64,000 nucleotides of DNA from Methylophagaceae bacterium (GTDB taxonomy: Bacteria > Pseudomonadota > Gammaproteobacteria > Nitrosococcales > Methylophagaceae), in contig JBJPGB010000051.1 of the NCBI GenBank assembly GCA_048595405.1, positions 8,551 to 72,550 of the forward strand. Reading direction: 5' to 3'. The position numbers were made by a program, and so were the translations under genes. Below the pieces are notes generated by a model. It did no database searches. It had not been told where the DNA came from and saw nothing but the letters and a program-made list of their open reading frames with translations. This document shows positions 38,732 to 47,368 of the stretch, piece by piece (the first letter of the stretch is position 1; each line of letters starts with the position of its first letter).

Positions 38732-39596
38732 CGTACCCAATGATCAGGCCAATGGTTTAAGAAAAATGTCATCACCAAGTAGACCAGTAAAAGTAATTGC
38801 GGTTGCCAGTGGTAAGGGTGGTGTGGGTAAAACAAATGTCACCGTTAATATTGGTGTGGCTTTAGCCGCTCAAGGTAAACAAGTTTTGTTACTTGATGCC
38901 GATCTTGGCTTGGCCAATATCGATGTTATGCTGGGTTTACACCCGCAATATAATTTACTTCACGTTATTGAGGGCAGTAAAACACTATCCGAAATTATTG
39001 TGGAAGGCCCTTCTGGACTAAAAATAATCCCGGCGGCATCCGGCGTTCAAAAAATGGCTGAATTGAGCTCTACTGAGCATGCGGGCATGATCCAAGCGTT
39101 TAGTGAAATGGAACAACATATTGATATATTACTGATCGATAGTGCCGCAGGCATCGCTGATAGTGTGATTAGTTTCAGCCGTGCCGCTCAAGAAATTATT
39201 GTTGTTGTCTGTGACGAACCCGCATCGATTACGGATGCCTATGCTCTGATCAAACTTCTCAGCCGCGACTATGATGTTGATCGTTTCCATATTATCGCCA
39301 ATATGACTCAGAACATTCAGGAAGGTCGTGAGCTATTCAATAAAATATCAATGGTTTGTGAACGTTTTCTTGATGTCAGCTTAGACTTTATGGGAATCGT
39401 ACCTTTTGATGATGACTTACGGCGTGCCGTCAAAAAACAACGTTCCGTTGTTGACTATATACCCCGCAGTAAATCGGCGACTGCATTTACCCATCTCGCT
39501 AAAAAAGTAGAACATTGGCCCGTGATAAAACAGCCTCGGGGCCATATGGAATTCTTTGTTGAACGCCTGATAGAAGCGAGCTTGGAAACAGCTTAA
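38724..39596 (+). CDS. flhG: MinD/ParA-type flagellar number regulator FlhG (FleN)
   Basis: Deviant Walker A SGKGGVGKTN. The ATG at 38724 overlaps the flhF stop (ATGGCTGA). The listed ORF start at 38670 is probably too long. Confidence 0.9.
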   Translation: MADVPNDQANGLRKMSSPSRPVKVIAVASGKGGVGKTNVTVNIGVALAAQGKQVLLLDADLGLANIDVMLGLHPQYNLLHVIEGSKTLSEIIVEGPSGLKIIPAASGVQKMAELSSTEHAGMIQAFSEMEQHIDILLIDSAAGIADSVISFSRAAQEIIVVVCDEPASITDAYALIKLLSRDYDVDRFHIIANMTQNIQEGRELFNKISMVCERFLDVSLDFMGIVPFDDDLRRAVKKQRSVVDYIPRSKSATAFTHLAKKVEHWPVIKQPRGHMEFFVERLIEASLETA

Positions 39597-39598
39597 TT

Positions 39599-40336
39599 AT
39601 GAATGGCGCAACGATGTATGCTAAAGCAAGCACATCGAATCAGTCAGAATCTGAACTGGTCATGCTACATGCTGCACTCGTTAAACGTATTGCATACCAC
39701 CTTATTGCTAGACTGCCCCACACCGTTGATGTAGAAGATCTTATTCAAGCAGGTATGATAGGCCTATTAGATGCTTCTAAACACTATAATGCTGATCAAG
39801 GTGCTAGTTTTGAAACTTATGCTGGAATCCGTATTCGTGGTGCTATGTTAGATGAGATTAGACGTAATGATTGGGCGCCACGCTCCGTACACCGCAAAGC
39901 ACGTGAAATTGCTGCTGCTATGCAAACATTAGAACAACAACATGGCCGTAATGCGCTTGATAGCGAGATTGCTGATACATTAGGGATAAGCGTTAAGGAA
40001 TACCATCATCAGCTGCATGACTCTACCAACCATCAAGTCTTTAGCCTTGATGATTTTAATGACCATGATGAAGTAGATGCCCGGCCCTTAAGTAAAGGAC
40101 AACCGGAACCTGATCAAGAAGTTCAATCCTTAGGATTTCAACAAGCATTAGCAAATGCCATCAAAATGTTACCTGAGCGGGAGCGTTTAATGATGGGGCT
40201 GTACTATAATGAAGAATTAAATTTAAAAGAAATTGGTGAAGTATTAGGAGTCAGTGAATCTCGCGTTAGTCAAATTCACGGTCAAACCATTATTCGACTT
40301 CGCTCTAAATTAAATGAATGGTTAACAGATGACTAG
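39599..40336 (+). CDS. fliA: flagellar sigma factor sigma-28 FliA
   Basis: Sigma-70 family regions 2 to 4 ([10 protein letters not shown], ..[21 protein letters not shown]), in the flhFG-fliA-cheY context. Confidence 0.92.
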   Translation: MNGATMYAKASTSNQSESELVMLHAALVKRIAYHLIARLPHTVDVEDLIQAGMIGLLDASKHYNADQGASFETYAGIRIRGAMLDEIRRNDWAPRSVHRKAREIAAAMQTLEQQHGRNALDSEIADTLGISVKEYHHQLHDSTNHQVFSLDDFNDHDEVDARPLSKGQPEPDQEVQSLGFQQALANAIKMLPERERLMMGLYYNEELNLKEIGEVLGVSESRVSQIHGQTIIRLRSKLNEWLTDD

Positions 40337-40347
40337 ATTGGAGGTGT

Positions 40348-40743
40348 ATGTTGGATAAAGATATGAAGATTCTAATTGTAGATGATTTTTCCACCATGAG
40401 GCGGATTATAAAAAATTTGCTACGTGACTTAGGCTTTAATAATACGGTAGAGGCCGATGATGGACTCACTGCATGGCCTATCTTACAAGCAGGTGGTATT
40501 GATTTTTTAGTCACTGACTGGAATATGCCTGGCATGCAAGGCATCGATTTGCTAAAACATGTGCGTGCGGATGAAAAACTATCTGCTTTGCCGGTATTAA
40601 TGGTCACGGCAGAAACCAAACGTGAACAAATCCTAACTGCAGCGCAAGCCGGTGTTAATGGTTATGTTGTTAAACCATTTACCGCAGTGACACTTAAGGA
40701 AAAAATTGATAAAATTTTCGAACGAATTAATGCGCAAGCATAG
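40348..40743 (+). CDS. cheY: chemotaxis response regulator CheY
   Basis: [22 protein letters not shown] and the NGYVVKPF motifs. Confidence 0.93.
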   Translation: MLDKDMKILIVDDFSTMRRIIKNLLRDLGFNNTVEADDGLTAWPILQAGGIDFLVTDWNMPGMQGIDLLKHVRADEKLSALPVLMVTAETKREQILTAAQAGVNGYVVKPFTAVTLKEKIDKIFERINAQA

Positions 40744-40752
40744 AGGATAAAG

Positions 40753-41487
40753 ATGGATTCTATAGATAAAACTGAACAACTCGATGCTGCACATGCCTTA
40801 GTTGATGCCCTAGAGTCCGATGATGCAAATGAGGTAAAACATCACTTGGCTATTCTCGCAAAAGCCTATGAAAGTGAGTTATTTCATGAGGTTGGCAAAA
40901 TGACACGAGAGCTTCATGAGTCCCTCAATAACTTTGCTGTCGATTCGCGTCTAGTCGATTTAACTGAAAATGCGATGCCTAATACTCGGGATAGACTTAA
41001 TTATGTCATTGAAAGTACCGAAGAAGCGGCCCATAAAACACTTGAATTTATCGACCAAACTTTACCTATCGCTTCAGATCTCAAACAAACTGCCGAAAAG
41101 ATAGATGAGAGTTGGCACCGTTTTCGCATGAGAGAGATGAATGCAGATGAGTTTCGAGTTCTAAGTAAAGAAATAGAAGCTTATTTACCTGATGTCAAAA
41201 AGCATTCTGAGCAAATTCATGCCAATTTATCTGAAGTGATGATGGCACAAGGTTTCCAGGATTTAACTGGACAAGTTATACGCCAAGTCATTGATTTGGT
41301 CGAAGAGGTAGAAAGTAACTTAATTGGTTTGATTAAAATATCTGGTCAACAAACCGTTAAACCAAAAGACAGTAAACCTGTTGATGCAAGTAAAGCTGAG
41401 GGACCGCAGATTAATGCGGCTGATAATCCCGAGGTGGTAAACAATCAAGATGAGGTCGATGATTTGTTATCAAGTCTAGGCTTCTAG
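40753..41487 (+). CDS. cheZ: CheY-P phosphatase CheZ
   Basis: Catalytic region AQGFQDLTGQVI and the C-terminal CheY-binding peptide DEVDDLLSSLGF. Confidence 0.88.
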   Translation: MDSIDKTEQLDAAHALVDALESDDANEVKHHLAILAKAYESELFHEVGKMTRELHESLNNFAVDSRLVDLTENAMPNTRDRLNYVIESTEEAAHKTLEFIDQTLPIASDLKQTAEKIDESWHRFRMREMNADEFRVLSKEIEAYLPDVKKHSEQIHANLSEVMMAQGFQDLTGQVIRQVIDLVEEVESNLIGLIKISGQQTVKPKDSKPVDASKAEGPQINAADNPEVVNNQDEVDDLLSSLGF

Positions 41488-41500
41488 AAGGACACAAAAG

Positions 41501-43483
41501 ATGGCGCTAGATACTGATGATGAAATTCTACAGGACTTTTTAGTCGAAGCTCAAGAGATCATGGAGGCACTGAGTGAAGAGTTGGTAGAACTAGAAAGCC
41601 AACCTGAAGATAGTGAGCTTCTAAACTCGATTTTTCGAGGATTTCATACTATTAAAGGCGGTGCAGGTTTTTTAGCCTTAGATGCAATGGTCACCTTATG
41701 CCATAAGTGTGAAGATCTGTTTAATATTCTGCGTCAAGGTGAACGAATTGTTGATGCCGATATGATGGATACTTTTCTCAAGGTCACCGACACACTAACG
41801 TCCATGTTTGATGAAGTTAAATCTGGCGAATACCCTACTCCAGCTAATAAAGAAATTATGGATCAGTTATCCTTTTTTCTTGAGCCAAATGCTGTTGCTG
41901 AAGCCGTAGCGCCTGAACCTGTTGTTGAAGTAACATCTGAAGCTGTTATTAGCGATTCTCCTTCTGGAGATGATGATATTACCGATGATGAATTTGAGGC
42001 ACTACTCGATCAACTTCATGGATCAGGGACCCCGGGTATAAGTACAGAAACAGTTGAAAATAAGACTCCTACTCCAAGTCCAGCACCTTCCGATAGTGAT
42101 GATATTACCGAAGAAGAATTTGAAGCCTTACTGGATGAATTGCAAGGCAAAACAAAAGCTGTACCAGTGGAACAAACAAACAGTGAGGCTAACGCCGCTA
42201 CACCTGCCCCAGCTGTTGAACCCACTCCGCCACCGGCACCAGCAAAAGTGGAAACAGCAGCACCAGCAAAACCAAAAACAGCGGCAAAATCTGCCAGTCC
42301 AGCCAAACAAGCGGAAGCAAGTGTCCGTGTTGATACTAGCCGTTTAGACGATATAATGAATATGGTCGGAGAGTTAGTGCTGGTTCGTAATCGAATAAAT
42401 ACACTTGAAGCAGCACTTGAAGATGAGGAAATGGCCAAAGCAGTGAATAATCTCACTGTTGTCACAGCCGACTTACAGGCTGCCGTTATGAAAACTCGGA
42501 TGCAACCAATCAAAAAAGTATTTGGTCGCTTTCCTCGGGTAGTACGTGATTTAGCCCGAAGTCTAGACAAAGAAATAAATTTAGAATTACGTGGTGAAGA
42601 AACCGATTTAGATAAAAACCTGGTGGAAGCATTAGCTGATCCTCTGGTGCATTTGGTCCGTAATGCAGTTGATCATGGTATTGAGATGCCTGATGTCCGT
42701 GAGAAAGCCAATAAACCTCGTACTGGCCAGATCATTTTAGGAGCGGCACAAGAAGGTGACCATATTCTCCTTACCATCTCTGATGATGGCGCGGGTATGG
42801 ATGCTAATATATTAAGACAAAAAGCTGTTGAAAAAGGCATGATGGATGAGGAATCGGCATCACGATTATCTGATTCTGAATGCTATGCCCTCATTTTTGC
42901 CCCTGGCTTTTCAATGAAACAAGAAATCTCTGATATCTCTGGCCGAGGTGTTGGGATGGATGTTGTTAAAACCGGTATTTCAAAATTAAATGGTGTGATT
43001 GATATTACTTCCGATATGGGGAAAGGCACCACATTATCGATAAAAGTGCCGTTAACCTTAGCCATCATGCCGACTCTTATGGTGATGTTAGGGGACCAAA
43101 TATTTGCTTTCCCATTAGTGAGTGTTAATGAAATTTTTCATCTTGATCTCAGTAAAACAAATGTGGTCGATGGACAACAAACTATTACAGTTCGCAATAG
43201 GGCATTGCCACTATTCTATTTGCGTAAATGGTTGGCCAGTACATTTAATGAAACTGAAAAGCCTGAATTTGAACATGTGGTCATTGTACAAGTAGGTACA
43301 CAACGTGTAGGCTTTGTTGTTGATCAACTTATTGGTCAGGAAGAAGTGGTTATCAAACCTTTAGGTGCCTTACTACAAGGTACTAAAGGCCTAGCAGGTG
43401 CAACCATTACTGGTGATGGTCGAATCTCATTAATCATTGATTTCCCAGAATTAATGAATGCCTATGCCGGTAGGGGATACTAA
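41501..43483 (+). CDS. cheA: chemotaxis histidine kinase CheA
   Basis: The HPt domain has FRGFHTIKGGAG. Acidic/Pro-Ala linker, dimerisation domain, HATPase domain (DHGIE, DDGAG, GRGVGMDVV) and a CheW-like P5 domain. Confidence 0.95.
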   Translation: MALDTDDEILQDFLVEAQEIMEALSEELVELESQPEDSELLNSIFRGFHTIKGGAGFLALDAMVTLCHKCEDLFNILRQGERIVDADMMDTFLKVTDTLTSMFDEVKSGEYPTPANKEIMDQLSFFLEPNAVAEAVAPEPVVEVTSEAVISDSPSGDDDITDDEFEALLDQLHGSGTPGISTETVENKTPTPSPAPSDSDDITEEEFEALLDELQGKTKAVPVEQTNSEANAATPAPAVEPTPPPAPAKVETAAPAKPKTAAKSASPAKQAEASVRVDTSRLDDIMNMVGELVLVRNRINTLEAALEDEEMAKAVNNLTVVTADLQAAVMKTRMQPIKKVFGRFPRVVRDLARSLDKEINLELRGEETDLDKNLVEALADPLVHLVRNAVDHGIEMPDVREKANKPRTGQIILGAAQEGDHILLTISDDGAGMDANILRQKAVEKGMMDEESASRLSDSECYALIFAPGFSMKQEISDISGRGVGMDVVKTGISKLNGVIDITSDMGKGTTLSIKVPLTLAIMPTLMVMLGDQIFAFPLVSVNEIFHLDLSKTNVVDGQQTITVRNRALPLFYLRKWLASTFNETEKPEFEHVVIVQVGTQRVGFVVDQLIGQEEVVIKPLGALLQGTKGLAGATITGDGRISLIIDFPELMNAYAGRGY

Positions 43484-43491
43484 GGAAAAAT

Positions 43492-44511
43492 GTGGCTGTA
43501 CGTGTACTGATTGTTGATGATTCAGGATTCTTTCGCAAACGACTGTCAGCGATCATTTCTGCTGATCCAAATCTACAGGTAGTGGGCACTGCTAGCAACG
43601 GCAAAGAAGCAATAGAACAAGTCAAAATATTAAAACCTGATGTCATTACCATGGACATCGAAATGCCAGAAATGAATGGTATTACTGCTACTCGCCATAT
43701 CATGTCACAACAACCTACCCCCATCCTGATGCTATCAACTTGGTCAACCGCTGATGCCAAAATAACCCTTGATGCTTTAGAAGCAGGGGCTGTTGATTAT
43801 ATGCCGAAACAGTTTGAAGATATTTCTTCTGACAAAAACGTTGCTCAAAAACAACTTTGTCAGCGACTTCAACAACTCGCCAACAATACTCAAAAACAAG
43901 CTAGTCATAGCCCCAAGCATACTACCGCGGTGGTGGATACTAAAAACATTAGCTTAGTTGCAATTGGCACCTCTACTGGCGGTCCAGTGGCCCTGCAACA
44001 AATATTATCCCAATTACCTGCTAGTTTCCCCCACCCCATTCTCATCATTCAGCATATGCCCGCAACATTTACTCCCTCCTTTGCTGAGCGCTTGAATAAA
44101 CAGTGCTCAATCAACATTAAACACGCATCTGATGGTGATTCATTGGTAGCCGGTACGGCATACCTCGCTCCAGGTGGACAACAAATGCTTATTCTCGGTA
44201 ATAAAGACCGCCCTTATATAAGCATTCAAGATAGTCTGCCCGATCAAACCTATCGCCCTTGTATTGATATCACCTTGAACTCGATTGCTCAGATCTGTCC
44301 TGATGAAACATTAGCCATTATCTTGACCGGTATGGGAAGTGACGGTAAAAAAGGCTGCCAAACATTAAAACCATTAGGTACTATAGTCTGGTCTCAGGAT
44401 GAGCAAAGTAGTACTATTTACGGCATGCCTATGGCAATTGCCGAAGCTCAGTTAGCGGATAGAATCCTTAACTTAACTGATATTGGCCAACAGTTAGCGG
44501 AAATGAAATAA
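43492..44511 (+). CDS. cheB: chemotaxis methylesterase/deamidase CheB
   Basis: REC domain (VLIVDDS, ITMDIEMP) plus the esterase domain (GTSTGGP, HMP). GTG start. Confidence 0.92.
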   Translation: MAVRVLIVDDSGFFRKRLSAIISADPNLQVVGTASNGKEAIEQVKILKPDVITMDIEMPEMNGITATRHIMSQQPTPILMLSTWSTADAKITLDALEAGAVDYMPKQFEDISSDKNVAQKQLCQRLQQLANNTQKQASHSPKHTTAVVDTKNISLVAIGTSTGGPVALQQILSQLPASFPHPILIIQHMPATFTPSFAERLNKQCSINIKHASDGDSLVAGTAYLAPGGQQMLILGNKDRPYISIQDSLPDQTYRPCIDITLNSIAQICPDETLAIILTGMGSDGKKGCQTLKPLGTIVWSQDEQSSTIYGMPMAIAEAQLADRILNLTDIGQQLAEMK

Positions 44512-44514
44512 AGC

Positions 44515-45255
44515 ATGGATATTTTAAGTATTGTCGGTCTATTGGTTGGTTTTGGAGCCATTTTGGGTGGACAACACCTAGAAGGTGGCCACCTTAGCAG
44601 CATATTGAATGGTGTGGCTTTCTTAATCGTTGTCGGTGGCACTCTTGGCGCTGTTATGCTGCAAACACCTCTCAACACTTTTTTACGCTCCCTAAAAATG
44701 TTGGGCTGGGTCTTTTTCCCTCCAAAAACATCACCCGAAGCAACTTTAGATAAAATTTTAGAATGGAATGGAATTGCCCGCAAAGAAGGCTTGATCCGAC
44801 TCGAATCTATTGCTTTAGATGAAAAAGATTTATTCATTCAAAAAGGCCTTCAACTTATCGCTGATGGTGCAGAACCAGAACTCATTCGTGAGATAATGGA
44901 AACTGATCTCGATCTTCAAGAATTGCACGATATAGAGTCTGCAAAAGTTTATGAAGCCATGGGTGGCTATTCACCAACTATTGGTATTATTGGTGCTGTA
45001 ATGGGTTTGATACATGTGATGGGAAACTTGGCAGATCCATCATCACTAGGTGCGGGGATCGCCGTTGCCTTTGTTGCGACGATTTATGGTGTTGCACTTG
45101 CTAATCTATTATTTTTACCCGTTGGCAATAAACTTAAAGCGGTAATAGCGAATCGTACTCGAGTGCGAATGATGTTAATTGAAGGTCTGATAAGCGTCGC
45201 TGAGGGCGATAATCCTCGCAATATTGAAAGCCGCTTACAAGCCTACCTAAGTTAG
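44515..45255 (+). CDS. motA: flagellar stator protein MotA (closest to my memory of Pseudomonas MotC)
   Basis: 246 aa with strong similarity through GGY.PTIGIIGAVMGLIHVMGNLADPS.LG.GIAVAFVATIYGVA.ANL. Confidence 0.9.
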   Translation: MDILSIVGLLVGFGAILGGQHLEGGHLSSILNGVAFLIVVGGTLGAVMLQTPLNTFLRSLKMLGWVFFPPKTSPEATLDKILEWNGIARKEGLIRLESIALDEKDLFIQKGLQLIADGAEPELIREIMETDLDLQELHDIESAKVYEAMGGYSPTIGIIGAVMGLIHVMGNLADPSSLGAGIAVAFVATIYGVALANLLFLPVGNKLKAVIANRTRVRMMLIEGLISVAEGDNPRNIESRLQAYLS

Positions 45256-45272
45256 TTTAGTTATTAAGTTTT

Positions 45273-46166
45273 ATGCCACGTAGAAAAAAAGTCGAAGAAC
45301 ATGTTAACCATGAACGATGGTTAGTATCTTATGCCGACTTCATCACTTTACTGTTTGCATTCTTTGTGGTGATGTATTCCATCTCATCCGTAAATGAAGG
45401 CAAGTATCGTGTGCTCTCAGATACCTTGGAAGCTGTATTTACAGATGATCCTCGTAGCCTTGATCCTATTCAAGTAGGCAAGTTGAGTAGAGGTCAGGGT
45501 GAACGGTCACCTGATCCTGGCGCATCAGAACCCACTCAAAATGTGTTAGAGCTCCCACCAACGGCTCTACCTATAGCACCACCAGCCATACCTGAAGAAA
45601 CCATTCAAACAATAGATAATATCTCTCGGCAATTGGATGAAGCACTAGCAGATCTTATTGAAGATGAAGACGTGATCATTAAAAAAGGAGATGATTGGTT
45701 AGAACTGGAGATTAAATCCAAAGTACTTTTTGATAGTGGTGATTCACGATTAGGGCGAAGTGCCATTCCGGTTATTGGCAAGGTGGCGACTATTCTTAAT
45801 ACTTCTGCGAATCCAGTTCAAGTTGAAGGTTTTACCGATAATAATCCTATTAATACACCAAAATTCCCTTCAAATTGGGAACTATCCGCAGCGCGTGCAG
45901 CAAGTGTTGTGCATTTACTCGACCGTTATGGTGTAAAACCTGAGCGCATGTCTGCTATTGGCTATGGTGAATTTCAACCCGTTGCGAGTAATGATACCGA
46001 AAGTGGCCGTCAAAAAAATCGTCGGGTGGTATTGGTTGTTCTTGGTAGCAAAGAAAGTAGACGTTCTTTAGAGGTTTTTGATGATGCAGTTCCGACAACA
46101 TCTACAGTCCCCCCAAAACCAGCCGCCAAAGCACCCACCCAAAGGCCTATCAGCGTAACACCATGA
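45273..46166 (+). CDS. motB: flagellar stator protein MotB (MotD-like), OmpA-type peptidoglycan-binding C-terminus
   Basis: N-terminal ERWLVSYADFITLLFAFFVVMY with the conserved plug/Asp region. OmpA-like domain (GFTDN.P...FPSNWELSAARAASV, NRRVVLVV). Confidence 0.88.
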   Translation: MPRRKKVEEHVNHERWLVSYADFITLLFAFFVVMYSISSVNEGKYRVLSDTLEAVFTDDPRSLDPIQVGKLSRGQGERSPDPGASEPTQNVLELPPTALPIAPPAIPEETIQTIDNISRQLDEALADLIEDEDVIIKKGDDWLELEIKSKVLFDSGDSRLGRSAIPVIGKVATILNTSANPVQVEGFTDNNPINTPKFPSNWELSAARAASVVHLLDRYGVKPERMSAIGYGEFQPVASNDTESGRQKNRRVVLVVLGSKESRRSLEVFDDAVPTTSTVPPKPAAKAPTQRPISVTP

Positions 46167-46169
46167 TGC

Positions 46170-46185
46170 TGGCACAAACTATGCA
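46170..46185 (+). promoter_or_regulatory. sigma-54-like -24/-12 element upstream of cheW
   Basis: TGGCAC-N5-ATGCA has the canonical GG-to-GC spacing and one mismatch to TTGCA. It lies about 90 nt before the cheW ATG. Confidence 0.3.
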
Positions 46186-46273
46186 TATTATCTTTGCATT
46201 ATTATGCGTCAGCATTTTGACCTGAAACTATTTTACAGGGCATTCATGATATTGATGCTAAGGACATAAAAAA

Positions 46274-46750
46274 ATGAGCCAACAAGATACGATAGATAAC
46301 GATCCTATATTGCAGTGGGTAACCTTTTATCTTGAAAATGAAGTGTATGGGATGAATGTTATGCAAGTACAAGAAGTACTTCGTATAACGGAAATTGCAC
46401 CGGTACCGGGAGCGCCTGATTATGTGCTAGGCATCATTAACCTGCGTGGTAATGTCGTGACGGTTATTGATACCCGTCGGCGCTTTGGTTTAATGTCGAA
46501 AGATCCTGATGAATCATCACGAATTATTGTCGTTGAGGTCAGTGGTAATGTACTGGGTATGTTAGTGGATAGTGTTGCTGAGGTGGTCTATTTGCATCAA
46601 TCTGAAATTGATACTGCGCCAAGTGTGAATAATGATGACAGTTCACGCTTTATTCAGGGTGTAAGTAGCCGCGATGATAATTTATTGATTTTAGTGGATG
46701 TTGATAAGTTCTTAACCGAAGAAGAAGTTTCTGACTTCTCTAGTTTTTAG
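46274..46750 (+). CDS. cheW: chemotaxis coupling protein CheW
   Basis: 158-aa CheW domain (YGMNVMQVQEVLR...PDYVLGIINLRGNVV.V.D.R.RFG). Confidence 0.92.
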   Translation: MSQQDTIDNDPILQWVTFYLENEVYGMNVMQVQEVLRITEIAPVPGAPDYVLGIINLRGNVVTVIDTRRRFGLMSKDPDESSRIIVVEVSGNVLGMLVDSVAEVVYLHQSEIDTAPSVNNDDSSRFIQGVSSRDDNLLILVDVDKFLTEEEVSDFSSF

Positions 46751-46759
46751 CAATGCGTC

Positions 46760-46939
46760 ATGGCCGACGAAATTAACCCTACTCTGCCCATTAAGTCACC
46801 ATTGCCTATTACTGTGCCGGAAGATGAAAAACGACGCCAAACGCCTAAAAAGAAACAAGCTGAAACAGATCCAAAACAATCAAAAAATGAAGATAAAATA
46901 CAACAACAACAAAATGGATTATTTGATGAATATGTTTGA
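46760..46939 (+). CDS. possible 59-aa lysine/glutamine-rich small protein (below the ORF-track cutoff)
   Basis: My own translation gives MADEINPTLPIKSPLPITVPEDEKRRQTPKKKQAETDPKQSKNEDKIQQQQNGLFDEYV. It is on the same strand as the operon and fills the cheW-DUF2802 gap. Confidence 0.35.
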   Translation: MADEINPTLPIKSPLPITVPEDEKRRQTPKKKQAETDPKQSKNEDKIQQQQNGLFDEYV

Positions 46940-46975
46940 ACTAACCCCATTAAAGAAAATAAAAGGAGCATCATC

Positions 46976-47368
46976 ATGACAACATTAATTATCGCCGTTG
47001 CTGCTGGCTCATTACTGATATTAATTATTGCTAGCGCAGGCTATCGTTTTTATAAGATCGGTCAGCTACAAACCCAAAAAATAGCTGATTTAGAAAATCA
47101 ATTATCTATCTTATCGGCTGGTGCTGTTGGGTCAGATGATCGTATCGTTCAATTTGAACAAGCATTGTCTCAACTTAAAGAACATCAAAATACCATGGAT
47201 ATAGGGCTGTCGCCTCAACCTAGTTATGATCATGCTATTCGATTAGCTAAAAAAGGCGTCGCCATTAATCAATTAATTGATAACTGCAATCTGAGTGATG
47301 AGGAAGCACATTTAATTGATCGCATTCATGGCAGCAAGCAATCTTCAAGCAATCAGGACCTTCATTAA
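46976..47368 (+). CDS. DUF2802-like flagellar-cluster protein
   Basis: N-terminal TM segment, a coiled region and the C-terminal ..CNLSDEEAHLIDRIHG motif. Its position after cheW matches the usual DUF2802 context as I remember it. Confidence 0.55.
   Translation: MTTLIIAVAAGSLLILIIASAGYRFYKIGQLQTQKIADLENQLSILSAGAVGSDDRIVQFEQALSQLKEHQNTMDIGLSPQPSYDHAIRLAKKGVAINQLIDNCNLSDEEAHLIDRIHGSKQSSSNQDLH

Noticed and set aside
42016-42570. A 184-aa minus-strand ORF and two further overlapping ORFs (42054..42347 +, 42128..42310 -) inside cheA.
   Set aside because: They lie in the Pro/Ala/Glu-rich low-complexity linker of CheA, where stop codons are rare in several frames. Their products are compositionally biased (S/A/C/W-rich) and lack motifs. 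CheA is unambiguous.
46747-46977. A 76-aa minus-strand ORF in the cheW-DUF2802 gap.
   Set aside because: It opposes the operon direction and has a Cys/Phe-rich improbable composition. The plus-strand 59-aa frame over the same DNA is the more plausible reading, although it is also unproven.
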